Below, in pieces: positions 18,547 through 29,016 of a DNA stretch of 64,000 bases (position 1 is its first letter; every line of letters starts with the position of its first letter). Location of the stretch: NCBI GenBank assembly GCA_902625365.1, contig CACOAX010000001.1, positions 173,329 through 237,328 on the forward strand. Direction: 5' to 3'. The DNA is from an uncultured Alphaproteobacteria bacterium (GTDB lineage: Bacteria; Pseudomonadota; Alphaproteobacteria; HIMB59; GCA-002718135). The notes beneath the pieces were generated by a model. It was not told the DNA's origin. It did not search any database and was given only the letters and a program-made list of their open reading frames with translations. The position numbers and the translations under genes are program-made.

Positions 18547-19413
18547 ATGGTCGCAAAAAACTTTTTCTTTTCTAATAATCTTATTGAGCTATCAAAAAAA
18601 GCAGCAATTCTTGAAAAAGATGAAGAATTCTATCTAATTAATGATTGGAGAGACAATAAAACGCCTAAATCACTTCAAAAAATTCTTAACTCTTATTTAC
18701 GATTAGCTGTTTCATATGCAAGAAAATACTCTAGTTACGGTTTACCTATTGATGATTTAATACACGAAGGTGTTTTGGGAATTATGCATGCTCTTGAAAA
18801 ATTTGATACATCCAAAGATTTTAGACTTTCAACTTATGCTTCATGGTGGATCAGGGCTTCTATTCAAGATTACATTTTAAAAAACTGGTCTGTTGTAAGA
18901 ACGGGCTCAACTGCATCTCAGAAAGCATTATTTTTTAACCTAAAGAAAATTAAACAACAAATTAATGATGTATCAAGAGAATTTATGGGTCAAGAAGAAC
19001 TCAACAAAGTATCAAATATGCTTAACGTTAAGTCTATTGAAGTACAAAACATGGAATCTAGGTTAACTGGAGGTGATTTACACCTTAATCAAAAAGTAGA
19101 TAATGAGACTGAAAATGACCTCATGAGTCTTCTCGCTGATGAGCGTCAAAATCCTGAAGAAGTATATGAAGATTTTAATGATAAAAATATAAAAAAAGAT
19201 TTCATTAACCTAGCAATCGATACTTTAAATGATAGAGAAAAAACGATTATTCGTCTTAGAAAATTTAAAGAGAAGAGCATAACCTTGGATGAATTGGGTC
19301 AAAAATTAAAAATAAGTAAAGAAAGAGTAAGGCAAATAGAAACTAAAGCATTAGAAAAACTAAAAAAAGCCTTACTAGATATTTCTCAACAAAATAAAGA
19401 ATTTTTCATTTGA
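18547..19413 (+). CDS. rpoH: RNA polymerase sigma-32 (heat shock sigma factor)
   Basis: Sigma regions 2-4 plus an RpoH-box-like QKALFFNLKKIK. Confidence 0.93.
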   Translation: MVAKNFFFSNNLIELSKKAAILEKDEEFYLINDWRDNKTPKSLQKILNSYLRLAVSYARKYSSYGLPIDDLIHEGVLGIMHALEKFDTSKDFRLSTYASWWIRASIQDYILKNWSVVRTGSTASQKALFFNLKKIKQQINDVSREFMGQEELNKVSNMLNVKSIEVQNMESRLTGGDLHLNQKVDNETENDLMSLLADERQNPEEVYEDFNDKNIKKDFINLAIDTLNDREKTIIRLRKFKEKSITLDELGQKLKISKERVRQIETKALEKLKKALLDISQQNKEFFI

Positions 19414-19444
19414 TAGCTTAATAAAATAATTATAAAATTGTACT

Positions 19445-19975
19445 ATGATCAGAATATCTATCTTCATTGTACTTATACTTTTTTCAAATTCATTAGCGAG
19501 TAAAGGAACAAATGTATTTGGATTAGGCATTTATGATATAAAATTTGATGGTTCTGAAAAAAATCAAGCTACAGATTTTAGATATGAATATAGAAGTGAT
19601 GAATCATTGCTTGATATTGGGCCAGAAGAAGACAATTTTTTTTTCTTGAAACCTTTCTTTGGCGTTGAATATACTAACGACTCTGCTTCATATTTTTTAA
19701 CTGGTATCTACTTTGAGGATAATCTAGGTGAATTATTTGAAGGAGAAAAAAGTAAATTTTTTTTTACACCAAGTTTTGGTGCAGGCATTTACAATGATGG
19801 TTCTGGAAAAAAATTAGGAAACGATCTCCAATTTAGAACTTCACTTGAAGTGAGTTATGAATTAAAGAATAAAAACAGAATTGGTATTTCGTTTAGTCAT
19901 ATTTCAAATGCAAATTTAGGTGACAAAAATCCAGGAGTTGAGATTCTTAGTTTTTCTTATCATTTACCTTACTAA
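19445..19975 (+). CDS. acyloxyacyl hydrolase / lipid A 3-O-deacylase (PagL-like) outer membrane protein
   Basis: Signal peptide, beta-barrel-like pattern, FSHISNANLG catalytic His-Ser motif, C-terminal aromatic residue. Confidence 0.7.
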   Translation: MIRISIFIVLILFSNSLASKGTNVFGLGIYDIKFDGSEKNQATDFRYEYRSDESLLDIGPEEDNFFFLKPFFGVEYTNDSASYFLTGIYFEDNLGELFEGEKSKFFFTPSFGAGIYNDGSGKKLGNDLQFRTSLEVSYELKNKNRIGISFSHISNANLGDKNPGVEILSFSYHLPY

Positions 19976-19979
19976 AAAT

Positions 19980-20954
19980 TTAACTAATATTACCCTCACT
20001 AACAAATTTTATTAATAAATCTTCGATTAAATTAATTTTTTGATCTTTCATATAATCATTGATTTTAGATTTATAAGTCTTGCTATGAGGAACTGAAAAA
20101 AAGATATTAAGTAGAGGGCTTAATAATCTAAATATTGATTCAAAATCTAATTTTGGTTTTATATACTCAAAATAATTACTAATTATTGATTCATCAATCA
20201 ATTTACATTCTTCTTTAAAAATTTTTTTATCAACCTCTTTTAATATAAAAGGATTATTTTTAATTAGTCGTCCAATCATTACTCCATCAAATTCCTTTAA
20301 TAGATTCTCTGCCTTATCAAGATTATTTATACCTCCGTTTAGGATAAATGTTATATTAGTATATTTATTTTTGATTTTTTTTACAAAATCATAACAAAGT
20401 GGAGGTATTGTCCTATTACCTTGTGGACTAATACCACTTAGAATTGCATTTCTTGCGTGCACATAAATAAATTTAATTCCAGTTTTTGAAATCTCATCAA
20501 TAAATTCCTCAAAGAATTCATAATTTAATTCTTTACCTAGTCCCAATCTACATTTTAATGAAGCTTCGATCTTATCATTTTGTAAAGCTTCTATACAATT
20601 TCTTACAAGAATCTTATCCCTCATAAGACACGCACCAAAACTTCCTTTTTGTACTGCTTTGCTTGGGCAACCAACATTTAAATTAATTTCATCATAATTA
20701 TAATTGATTGCTATTTTTGAAGCTTTTGTTAATTCGTTTATTTCAGAACCACCTACTTGAAGAGCAACAGGGTTATTTAAGTCATTATCAATAACATTAT
20801 CTTTACTCTTTGAATAAATCAGTGATTTTGTTGCTATCATTTCACTAAATAAAAAACTATTGTTTGATAAAATCCTATAAAGTTTCCTGGCATATGGTGT
20901 TGTATATCCCATCATCGGGGCTACACAGAATTTTCTACTAATTTCCTTTTTCAT
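19980..20954 (-). CDS. dusA: tRNA-dihydrouridine synthase A
   Basis: CVAPMMGYTTPYAR N-terminus, NVGCPS motif. Confidence 0.9.
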   Translation of the reverse strand: MKKEISRKFCVAPMMGYTTPYARKLYRILSNNSFLFSEMIATKSLIYSKSKDNVIDNDLNNPVALQVGGSEINELTKASKIAINYNYDEINLNVGCPSKAVQKGSFGACLMRDKILVRNCIEALQNDKIEASLKCRLGLGKELNYEFFEEFIDEISKTGIKFIYVHARNAILSGISPQGNRTIPPLCYDFVKKIKNKYTNITFILNGGINNLDKAENLLKEFDGVMIGRLIKNNPFILKEVDKKIFKEECKLIDESIISNYFEYIKPKLDFESIFRLLSPLLNIFFSVPHSKTYKSKINDYMKDQKINLIEDLLIKFVSEGNIS

Positions 20955-20994
20955 TTAATTTTGCTATATAAATGATTTCTAAAATAATAATATT

Positions 20995-21624
20995 ATGGAA
21001 ATACCAAAATTTTTAATTGAAAGATATCAATTCTGGAAAAAGAATACCTTTGAAGATTATAAAGATATATACCAGCAAGCTTCTAAATCTCCACAAAAAC
21101 CAATTGCTATGATTATTACCTGTTGTGATTCTAGAATTCTTGAAAATACAATATTTGGAGGAAGTGTTGGAGATTATTTTATACATAGAAATGTAGCTAA
21201 TATAGTACCTTCCAAAAATGATAAGCATCAAAATATACAAACATTATCTGCTATAGAATATGCAATTAAAGTTCTAAAAGTTCCAAACCTAATTATCTTA
21301 GGCCACTCAAATTGTGGTGGAGTTGAGTATTCTTACAAAACATTATTAGATAAAAAAAATATAAATGATTTTGAATACATAAATCATTGGGTAAGTTGTT
21401 TACAAAATTCTTACAACAACATTCCTAGTGATATTTCAGAAACTGAAAAAATAATTTTTTTTGAGCAGGAAAATATAAAACAATCAATTAAAAACTTACA
21501 TGAATATGATTTTATAAATAAATTAATTAATGAAAATAAATTGAATGTAATTGGCTTGTGGTATCAAATTAATTCTGGTTTAATAAAGTTTTTAGATAAT
21601 AATAGCTTTATAGATCTAGATTAA
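20995..21624 (+). CDS. beta-class carbonic anhydrase
   Basis: ITCCDSR and ILGHSNCGG zinc-ligand motifs. Confidence 0.9.
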   Translation: MEIPKFLIERYQFWKKNTFEDYKDIYQQASKSPQKPIAMIITCCDSRILENTIFGGSVGDYFIHRNVANIVPSKNDKHQNIQTLSAIEYAIKVLKVPNLIILGHSNCGGVEYSYKTLLDKKNINDFEYINHWVSCLQNSYNNIPSDISETEKIIFFEQENIKQSIKNLHEYDFINKLINENKLNVIGLWYQINSGLIKFLDNNSFIDLD

Positions 21625-22406
21625 TTGTAAGTAAATTTAGTACCAGGAAATTTTTTAAGCTTAACTTCTCGATTGTATTTCTTGACTACATTGCTGGCAA
21701 TTTTATTAAAATTAAAATAATTTTTTACAAATTTTGGTTTTTTATCATTTAAGCTTAAATTTATTAAATCATCAAAAACTAAAACTTGACCATCACAATA
21801 TCTTGAAGCACCTATCCCTATTGTAGGTATCGAAATATTTTCTGTAATTAGTTTAGCAGTATTGGCTGTTACACATTCTAATAATACAGCTTTAGCTCCA
21901 AGTCTTTCAGATTCTTTTGCTAACTTTAATAAATTTCTTTTTTCTTTATTAGTTCTTCCTAAAACTTTAATTTTATTAAAATTCTTATAACTTTGTGGTG
22001 TCACTCCTATATGAGAAATGACATTTATTTCTTTATCTACTAAGTGTTGTAAAACAACTAATTTTTTTTCACTAATTTCTATCTTTAATAAATCAGGCTT
22101 ACAGTGATTTAAAAGTATTTTAGCATTTCTGTATGCATCAATTTTATTATTATATGTCTTATAAGGCATATCTAAAACCTTTAAACTTTTCTTAATTTCT
22201 TTATTTACAGCTACTCCATGATGTTTCATCATATCCATAGTAACTCCTTGAGTATTCTTCATCCCATAGAGTGTTGAACCAAGAGAGTCTCCAACTAGTA
22301 TTAAATCAATTTTTCCGTCTAAAATGTTTGCAATTGATGGAGAGTATGCAGTTAAGCAGCTTATCGGTTGGGAAAAAGTTTTGTGTAAAATTTTAATTAT
22401 CTTCAT
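21621..22406 (-). CDS. panB: 3-methyl-2-oxobutanoate hydroxymethyltransferase
   Basis: LTAYS...LILVGDSLG motif, 261 aa. Confidence 0.92.
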   Translation of the reverse strand: MKIIKILHKTFSQPISCLTAYSPSIANILDGKIDLILVGDSLGSTLYGMKNTQGVTMDMMKHHGVAVNKEIKKSLKVLDMPYKTYNNKIDAYRNAKILLNHCKPDLLKIEISEKKLVVLQHLVDKEINVISHIGVTPQSYKNFNKIKVLGRTNKEKRNLLKLAKESERLGAKAVLLECVTANTAKLITENISIPTIGIGASRYCDGQVLVFDDLINLSLNDKKPKFVKNYFNFNKIASNVVKKYNREVKLKKFPGTKFTYN

Positions 22407-22437
22407 TTTTAAATTTCAATTAAACTTTAAATAAGAA

Positions 22438-24354
22438 TTAAACTTTTAATTTAAAATTCTTTATATCAATAATTTTATTCTCATAAAAATTATTAATTTT
22501 TCTGATTATTGATTCCGTATCCATTTTAATATCTTGATATTGTTCATCCGGCGTCATATGTTCAACAAAACGATCTGGAAAAATTAAGTTTTTTATTACA
22601 ACATTATCCTTTTTTGATCTTATATTATGGATATAATGTAAAACATGAGATGAAAATCCACCAATTGAACCTTCTTCTATAGTTAGGATATACTTATGGT
22701 TATTTAATAATTTATCTATTAATTGTATGTCCAATGGTTTTGCAAATCTTGCATCTGCAATAGTAGGATAAATATTATTTTGATTAAGAAACTTACTAGC
22801 CTCAATGCATTTTTCAAGTCTTGTTCCTAAATTTAAAATAGCAACATCATTACCTTCAATTAGAATATACCCCTTACCTATATTGATATCTGTAGGCTGA
22901 TTATTAAACAGTTCATCTGATCCTGTTCCTCTTGGAAATCTAAAAGCAGAAGGTGTGTCATTAATCTCACAAGATAACTCAATCATATTAGATAACTCTC
23001 TTTGATTGCTAGGTGCCATAACTATAAAATTTGGTAATGTGGCTAAATAAGTGATATCAAATGAACCAGCATGAGTAGGGCCGTCTGATCCTACTAACCC
23101 TGCTCTATCAATCGCAAATCTAACAGGTAGTTTTTGAATAGCTACATCATGGACTATTTGATCATAAGCTCTTTGTAAAAATGTTGAGTAAATTGCAACA
23201 TATGGCTTAAAACCTTCTGTAGCTAATCCGGCTGCCATTGTAACAGCATGTTGCTCAGCAATACCAACATCAAAAAATCTTTTTTCAAAGTTTTGTTGGA
23301 ATAATTTTAACCCTGTTCCAGACATCATAGCAGCTGTTATAGCAACAATTTTTTCGTCATTTTCAGCAAGTTTTGTTAATTTTTCTCCAAAAATATTTGA
23401 GTAAGATTTTAAATTTGTTTTTTTAACTGAGTTACCTGTATTAATATCAAACTTTTCTACACCATGAAATTTGTCCTCCGACTTTTCTGCAGGACTATAC
23501 CCTTTACCTTTTTTTGTTACACAATGAAGAAAAACTGGTTTATCAAATTTATTGTCTCTAATGTTTTCTAAAACTGACACAATATTGTCTATATTGTGAC
23601 CATCTATTGGGCCAAGATAATAAAAGCCTAACTCCTCAAATAATGTGCCTCCTGAGATAAGTCCTTTAGAATATTCTTCTGTTCTAGAAAGAGTCTTTGA
23701 AAGATTTGATGGTAAGGTTTTTGAAATTTTTTTAATAATATTTCTTAAGCTTGAATAAGATTTAGATGATAACAGTCTAGTCAAATATGTGCTCATGGCA
23801 CCAACTGGTTTGTCAATTGACATTTTGTTATCATTTAAAATGACAATCAAACCTTTTTTTTGAGCACCAGCATTATTTAATCCTTCAAATGCTAAACCGG
23901 CACTTAAAGCACCATCTCCAACAACACATATCACTTTTGACTTATCTTTATTTATATCTTTTGCCGCCTTAATTCCTAAACCTGCTGAAACAGCTGTTGA
24001 ACTATGGGCTGTGCCAAAGGGGTCATATTCACTTTCCGATCTTCTTACAAAACCATAAACACCATCTTTTTTTCTAAGTGTATCTATATTTTTTTTCCTT
24101 CCAGTAATGATTTTATGAGGATAGGCTTGATGTCCCACATCCCAGATTAATTTGTCATGTGGCGTATTAAAGACATAGTGTATTGCTACAGTTAATTCAA
24201 CAACACCTAATCCAGCACCTAGATGACCACCAGTTTTTGAAACAGTTTCAATTGTTTTAGCCCTTAATTCCTCTGAAATTTGCTTTAGATCTTTCTTTTT
24301 AAATTCTCTTAAGTCAGATGGAAAATTAATTTTATCTAAGAGCTCATAATCCAT
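22438..24354 (-). CDS. dxs: 1-deoxy-D-xylulose-5-phosphate synthase
   Basis: GGHLGAGLGVVELT, VVGDGALSAGLAFEGLN TPP motif, 638 aa. Confidence 0.97.
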   Translation of the reverse strand: MDYELLDKINFPSDLREFKKKDLKQISEELRAKTIETVSKTGGHLGAGLGVVELTVAIHYVFNTPHDKLIWDVGHQAYPHKIITGRKKNIDTLRKKDGVYGFVRRSESEYDPFGTAHSSTAVSAGLGIKAAKDINKDKSKVICVVGDGALSAGLAFEGLNNAGAQKKGLIVILNDNKMSIDKPVGAMSTYLTRLLSSKSYSSLRNIIKKISKTLPSNLSKTLSRTEEYSKGLISGGTLFEELGFYYLGPIDGHNIDNIVSVLENIRDNKFDKPVFLHCVTKKGKGYSPAEKSEDKFHGVEKFDINTGNSVKKTNLKSYSNIFGEKLTKLAENDEKIVAITAAMMSGTGLKLFQQNFEKRFFDVGIAEQHAVTMAAGLATEGFKPYVAIYSTFLQRAYDQIVHDVAIQKLPVRFAIDRAGLVGSDGPTHAGSFDITYLATLPNFIVMAPSNQRELSNMIELSCEINDTPSAFRFPRGTGSDELFNNQPTDINIGKGYILIEGNDVAILNLGTRLEKCIEASKFLNQNNIYPTIADARFAKPLDIQLIDKLLNNHKYILTIEEGSIGGFSSHVLHYIHNIRSKKDNVVIKNLIFPDRFVEHMTPDEQYQDIKMDTESIIRKINNFYENKIIDIKNFKLKV

Positions 24355-24535
24355 AATTTAGTTTACTATTTTTGCCTAGATTTGATATTTTTATATCTGT
24401 AAAAAAACAAGAGTTTGTGGAAAGATTTTATAAATGAATTTGAAATATTTAAGTTTTTTCCTAAAATTATTAAAGATAAATTTTAAATTTAAAACATCTA
24501 GACTTTTTAGAGTATAAAAACTAATTATATTGTAA

Positions 24536-25774
24536 ATGTTCTATGATATAGATACAAAAAATATTGATAAACTTGCACATCTATCTATTAAAAGAGGAGT
24601 TGCACTTCAAAAAGGTCAAAACCTTTTAATAACAGCACCGTTAGAGTCATTACCCTTGGTTAGAAAAATAGTTGAACATGCTTACAAAGAAGGGGCCGGA
24701 CTTGTAACACCACTTTTCAACGATTCTGATATTACATTGTCTCGATTTAAGTATGGAAATGATGAATCTTTCAATGTTGCAGCAAATTGGCTTTATAATG
24801 GGATGGGCGAAGCTTTTGATAACAACACAGCTAGAATGGCTATTGCTGGAGATGATCCTATGCTATTATCTGAAATTGATCCTGATAAAGTTTCGCGCGC
24901 TAATAAAGCTAATGCTGTTGCATACAAACCAGCAAGAGAAAGAATTACTGAATTTAAAATTAATTGGAATATAATTTCGTGGCCAGGAAAAGCATGGGCA
25001 AAAAGAGTCTTCCCAGATATTGATGATAGTGAAGCAATTAAAAAATTAGGAGATGCAATATTTCATGCTTCAAGAGTTAGTAATGATGACCCTGTAGCTG
25101 AATGGGATCAACATAATAAAAATTTAAGAGATAAAACAGATTGGTTAAATGCTAAAAATTTTCACTCTTTAAAATACTCTGGTCCTGGAACATCTTTAAC
25201 TGTAGGTCTTGCTGATGACCATGAATGGATGGGCGGAGCTTCAGAGGCCCAAAATGGTATTATATGTAATCCAAATATTCCATCTGAAGAAGTATTCACA
25301 ACTCCTCACGCTAGTCGTGTAAGTGGTGAAGTCTGTTCAACTAAACCTCTATCTTACCAAGGAACACTAATTGAGGATATTAACGTTCGCTTCGAAAATG
25401 GTAAAATTGTTGATGCTAAATCTTCTAAAGGACAAGATGTTTTATTAAAAGTTCTTGATTCAGATGAAGGCTCAAGAAGACTTGGTGAAGTAGCCTTAGT
25501 TCCTAATAGTTCACCGATTTCGCAATTAGGAATAACTTTTTATAACACTCTATTTGATGAAAATGCTGCTTCTCATATTGCTTTAGGACAGTGTTACTCA
25601 AAATGTTTCAAATCCAAAAAAGACTTATCGAAAGATGAAATTACTCAAAGAGGTGGTAATTCAAGCATGATACACATAGATTGGATGATTGGCTCAGGAA
25701 AAATTGATGTTGACGGTGTTGACAAGGATGGAGTTGTAACACCAATATTTAAACAAGGAGAATGGTGTAGTTAA
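24536..25774 (+). CDS. aminopeptidase, M29 (AmpS/PepS/aminopeptidase T) family
   Basis: 412 aa; LAHLSIKRGVALQKGQNLLI N-terminus, EVFTTP and HIALG motifs typical of M29. Confidence 0.85.
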   Translation: MFYDIDTKNIDKLAHLSIKRGVALQKGQNLLITAPLESLPLVRKIVEHAYKEGAGLVTPLFNDSDITLSRFKYGNDESFNVAANWLYNGMGEAFDNNTARMAIAGDDPMLLSEIDPDKVSRANKANAVAYKPARERITEFKINWNIISWPGKAWAKRVFPDIDDSEAIKKLGDAIFHASRVSNDDPVAEWDQHNKNLRDKTDWLNAKNFHSLKYSGPGTSLTVGLADDHEWMGGASEAQNGIICNPNIPSEEVFTTPHASRVSGEVCSTKPLSYQGTLIEDINVRFENGKIVDAKSSKGQDVLLKVLDSDEGSRRLGEVALVPNSSPISQLGITFYNTLFDENAASHIALGQCYSKCFKSKKDLSKDEITQRGGNSSMIHIDWMIGSGKIDVDGVDKDGVVTPIFKQGEWCS

Positions 25775-25779
25775 TTCTA

Positions 25780-25902
25780 CTATTCTTTTAAATAAGGCCC
25801 AAAGCTAAGATCTAAACCTACACCAACTCTTGCTAATGAATAAATAATTACTAAGAAAAAAATCACTATAATTAAGTTTCGTATAATTTTTTTTTCATCC
25901 AT
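25780..25902 (-). CDS. possible 40-aa membrane peptide (not in ORF track)
   Basis: Manual translation gives MDEKKIIRNLIIVIFFLVIIYSLARVGVGLDLSFGPYLKE. Its ATG lies 4 nt after the stop of the upstream MFS gene. It has one hydrophobic segment. No family recognised. Confidence 0.3.
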   Translation of the reverse strand: MDEKKIIRNLIIVIFFLVIIYSLARVGVGLDLSFGPYLKE

Positions 25903-25906
25903 AAAA

Positions 25907-27160
25907 TTACGCGGTTTGTATATTTGTATTAGATAACGGTTTTTCTCTAATTGGTAAATGGATTATTGCAGAAAATGCACCAACCCCTATTCCAACCCAC
26001 CATACAATATCATAACTTCCATACATATCGTAAAACAAACCACCTAACCAAACACCTACAAATGACCCAAGTTGATGAGAAAAAAATACAATGCCATATA
26101 ATGTACCCATAAATTTTAATCCGTAAATATGGCCTATAATTCCTGAAGTTAAAGGAACTGTTGCTAGCCATAAAGCACCCATAACTATTGAAAATATAGC
26201 AATAGAACTTGGTGTAATAGGGAGTAAGATAAATAAAATTGCCGCAACAGTCCTGCCAGTATAAATTAAAGATAAAAGATATTTCTTATAATATCCCTTT
26301 CCTAAAGCGCCAGCAATCAAACAACCAATTATATTAAACAATCCTATAAGAGCCATGGATAATGCCCCTAAACCTTCTACAGAATTACAAACCAAACTTA
26401 TTAAGCTTCCTTCTATAATTGGACTACTAGATTCAACAATAAATGCTGGAAAATGTGCAGTAATAAATGCTAACTGAAAGCCGCAAGAAAAAAAACCAAA
26501 GAACAACATTGAGTATGTTGGATCTCTTAATGCAACAAATACAGCATCAGTAATTTTTTCATTTTCATTATTAATATTTGTATTTGAAAATTCTGTTTTT
26601 AAAATTGGAACAAGCATCAGTGTTATTAATAATATAATTGAAAATATTTCAAACACTGACGACCAAGGCAAAAATGATAAAAGAATAGAAGCAAGTGGTG
26701 GGCCAACTACTTGTCCAGCTGATCCTGCAGCAGTTGTAATACCTAGTGCTAAAGATCTTTTTTCTGGAGATGTGGCTCTTCCAACTACTGCCAAAATTGG
26801 ACCAAAACCACTACCAGCTATTCCAAAACCAATTAGTAGGTTTAAGGTTTGATGCGCCTCTGGAGTTGTAGCAGTACTACTTATGAAAATTCCAATTGCA
26901 TAAAGAATTAAGCCTAGCGCTATTGCTTTTCTATCACCATATTTTTCGGCAAAAGCACTAAATAGTGGAGTGCCTACACCCCAAGCTAAATTTTGAATAG
27001 CAATAGCAAGAGAAAATTCTGAACGGTTCCATAAAAAATCAGACGCAATAGGAATTTGAAATAGGCCAAATGTTGAACGGATTGCAAAACTTATTAAAAG
27101 AATTAAACTCCCTCCAATTAGAATAGGAGTAAATACAGAATTAATTCTCTCATCTTTCAT
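25907..27160 (-). CDS. MFS transporter
   Basis: 417 aa, about 12 TM segments, FAEKYGDRK loop motif. Confidence 0.85.
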   Translation of the reverse strand: MKDERINSVFTPILIGGSLILLISFAIRSTFGLFQIPIASDFLWNRSEFSLAIAIQNLAWGVGTPLFSAFAEKYGDRKAIALGLILYAIGIFISSTATTPEAHQTLNLLIGFGIAGSGFGPILAVVGRATSPEKRSLALGITTAAGSAGQVVGPPLASILLSFLPWSSVFEIFSIILLITLMLVPILKTEFSNTNINNENEKITDAVFVALRDPTYSMLFFGFFSCGFQLAFITAHFPAFIVESSSPIIEGSLISLVCNSVEGLGALSMALIGLFNIIGCLIAGALGKGYYKKYLLSLIYTGRTVAAILFILLPITPSSIAIFSIVMGALWLATVPLTSGIIGHIYGLKFMGTLYGIVFFSHQLGSFVGVWLGGLFYDMYGSYDIVWWVGIGVGAFSAIIHLPIREKPLSNTNIQTA

Positions 27161-27209
27161 ATTTTATTAGATAACAGGAAGAATTTTTATTTCTAGAATT
27201 TTAATATTA

Positions 27210-27680
27210 TTAAATCGTTTTATTTAATTCTGTCTTTTCGTTTTCTTCTTTTTCAGGAACGACATACGCAACAGCACAATGATCTAAACAATAAGGCTTA
27301 TCTTCAAATCTATCTTTACCACAAAAACGAAAGTCAGCTTCATCAGGATGACCCTCAGGCCATTCACAACCTCTCTTTGGAGCTGTGTTGAATAAATTTT
27401 TAACTACCGGTTGGAAAACTGCAGGCTCTGTAGAGACATTCTCTGCGTCCTTAGTGCTTTCAAAATTTAATTTTGGCATTACTGGAGATCTAGCTTTCTT
27501 TCGATCAGGCTTAACAGATGTTCTTCTTATAGGGGATGGTCTTCTCTCAAGTCCAATTCTATGAGCTTTTCCGACAACTGCGTTTTTTGTGAAACCTAAT
27601 AATTTCCCAATTTGTGCTGTAGGCAGACCTTGGTCCCACAAATCTCTAAGTTTTGCTACATTATTATCATCCCAAGGCAT
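27210..27680 (-). CDS. gcrA: cell cycle regulator GcrA
   Basis: MPWDDNNVAKLRDLWDQGLPTAQIGKLLGFTKNAVVGKAHRIGL N-terminal domain; C-terminal CEWPEGHP...FCG...YCLDHC. Start moved to the MPW methionine. Confidence 0.92.
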   Translation of the reverse strand: MPWDDNNVAKLRDLWDQGLPTAQIGKLLGFTKNAVVGKAHRIGLERRPSPIRRTSVKPDRKKARSPVMPKLNFESTKDAENVSTEPAVFQPVVKNLFNTAPKRGCEWPEGHPDEADFRFCGKDRFEDKPYCLDHCAVAYVVPEKEENEKTELNKTI

Positions 27681-27818
27681 TATCAATCTCCATTACTACA
27701 TTTAGTAGCTTAAAAAAGGTTTAATATACTAAATATATGTATTAAAAAAGATAAATCTGCAAATTTTTAAAAAAAATCGATGATTTCCAGCATTTTTTTT
27801 ATATACATGTGAATAGAA

Positions 27819-29015
27819 ATGAAACAATTAAGAGATCTAGACTGTAAAAATAAAAAAATAATTGTTCGAGTTGATTTAAATGTACCAGTTTTGGAAGGGA
27901 CAATTACAGATCATTCAAGAATTCTTGCTATTTTACCAACACTAGAAAAACTAATTAACAATAAAAATAAGGTATTCTTAATTGCTCATTTTGGCCGACC
28001 TAAAGGTCAAGTTAATAAAACATATTCCATTGAGTTTTTATGTTCAGAATTAAAAAAATTTCTAAATTTAAATACAATTCATTTTTTAGCTAACTGTGAA
28101 AAAAAAATAATTGAGATAAAAATGGCTGAAATGGACATGGGGGAAATTTGTCTATTAGAAAATATTCGTTTTAATGCTGAAGAAGAAAAAAATGATCTTA
28201 ATTTTTCAAAATTACTAGCTTCTAGTTTTGACATATATATTAATGACGCGTTTTCTGCATCTCATCGTAATCATGCATCTATAGTAGGTATTACTAAATA
28301 CTTACCTTCATACGCTGGATTAACTTTCTCAAAAGAAATTGAAAATTTAGATAAATTTTTAGAAAATTCAGACAAACCAAATCTAGCCATTATAGGCGGT
28401 TCAAAGGTTTCAACAAAAATAAAAGTTTTAGAAAATATAGTTGAAATTTTTGACTCTTTAGTGATTGGTGGTGCAATGGCTAATACCTTTTTGCTATCAA
28501 ATAATTATAACGTTGGTTCCTCTCTAGTAGAAAACGATTTTATTGAACTATCAAAAAAGATACAAAAAAAAGCAGAATCAAAAAATTGCAAAATACTTTT
28601 ACCAATTGATGCAGTTTGCTCAAAAAAAATAGAAGATAGAGTAAATGTTAAGACTTATTCAATCAATAATATTCCAAATGACCAAATGATATTAGATGTT
28701 GGTGAACAAACAACAAAACTAATTTCAGATGAAATATTAAAATCTAAATCAATTTTATGGAATGGGCCTTTAGGCGCATTTGAGTATAGTCCATTTGATA
28801 AAAGTACAATTTCAGTTGCAAATATTATACAAAATTATTCAAGCAAATCTCAATTAGATGCTCTAGCAGGAGGAGGAGATACACTTGCAGCAATAAAAAA
28901 AGCTAAAGCCAATGATGCATTTAAATATTTATCTACAGCTGGGGGTGCATTTTTAGAGTGGCTTGAGGGAAATAAATCACCAGGATTTGTAGCATTAAGA
29001 GAAAACAATTTTTAA
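27819..29015 (+). CDS. pgk: phosphoglycerate kinase
   Basis: RVDLNVP, HFGRPKG, GGGDT motifs. Confidence 0.96.
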   Translation: MKQLRDLDCKNKKIIVRVDLNVPVLEGTITDHSRILAILPTLEKLINNKNKVFLIAHFGRPKGQVNKTYSIEFLCSELKKFLNLNTIHFLANCEKKIIEIKMAEMDMGEICLLENIRFNAEEEKNDLNFSKLLASSFDIYINDAFSASHRNHASIVGITKYLPSYAGLTFSKEIENLDKFLENSDKPNLAIIGGSKVSTKIKVLENIVEIFDSLVIGGAMANTFLLSNNYNVGSSLVENDFIELSKKIQKKAESKNCKILLPIDAVCSKKIEDRVNVKTYSINNIPNDQMILDVGEQTTKLISDEILKSKSILWNGPLGAFEYSPFDKSTISVANIIQNYSSKSQLDALAGGGDTLAAIKKAKANDAFKYLSTAGGAFLEWLEGNKSPGFVALRENNF

Positions 29016-29016
29016 C

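Noticed and set aside
24355-24535. The 181-nt dxs/aminopeptidase divergent spacer was scanned for a riboswitch or repeats.
   Set aside because: It is uniformly AT-rich with only trivial short palindromes. It is consistent with two back-to-back promoters.
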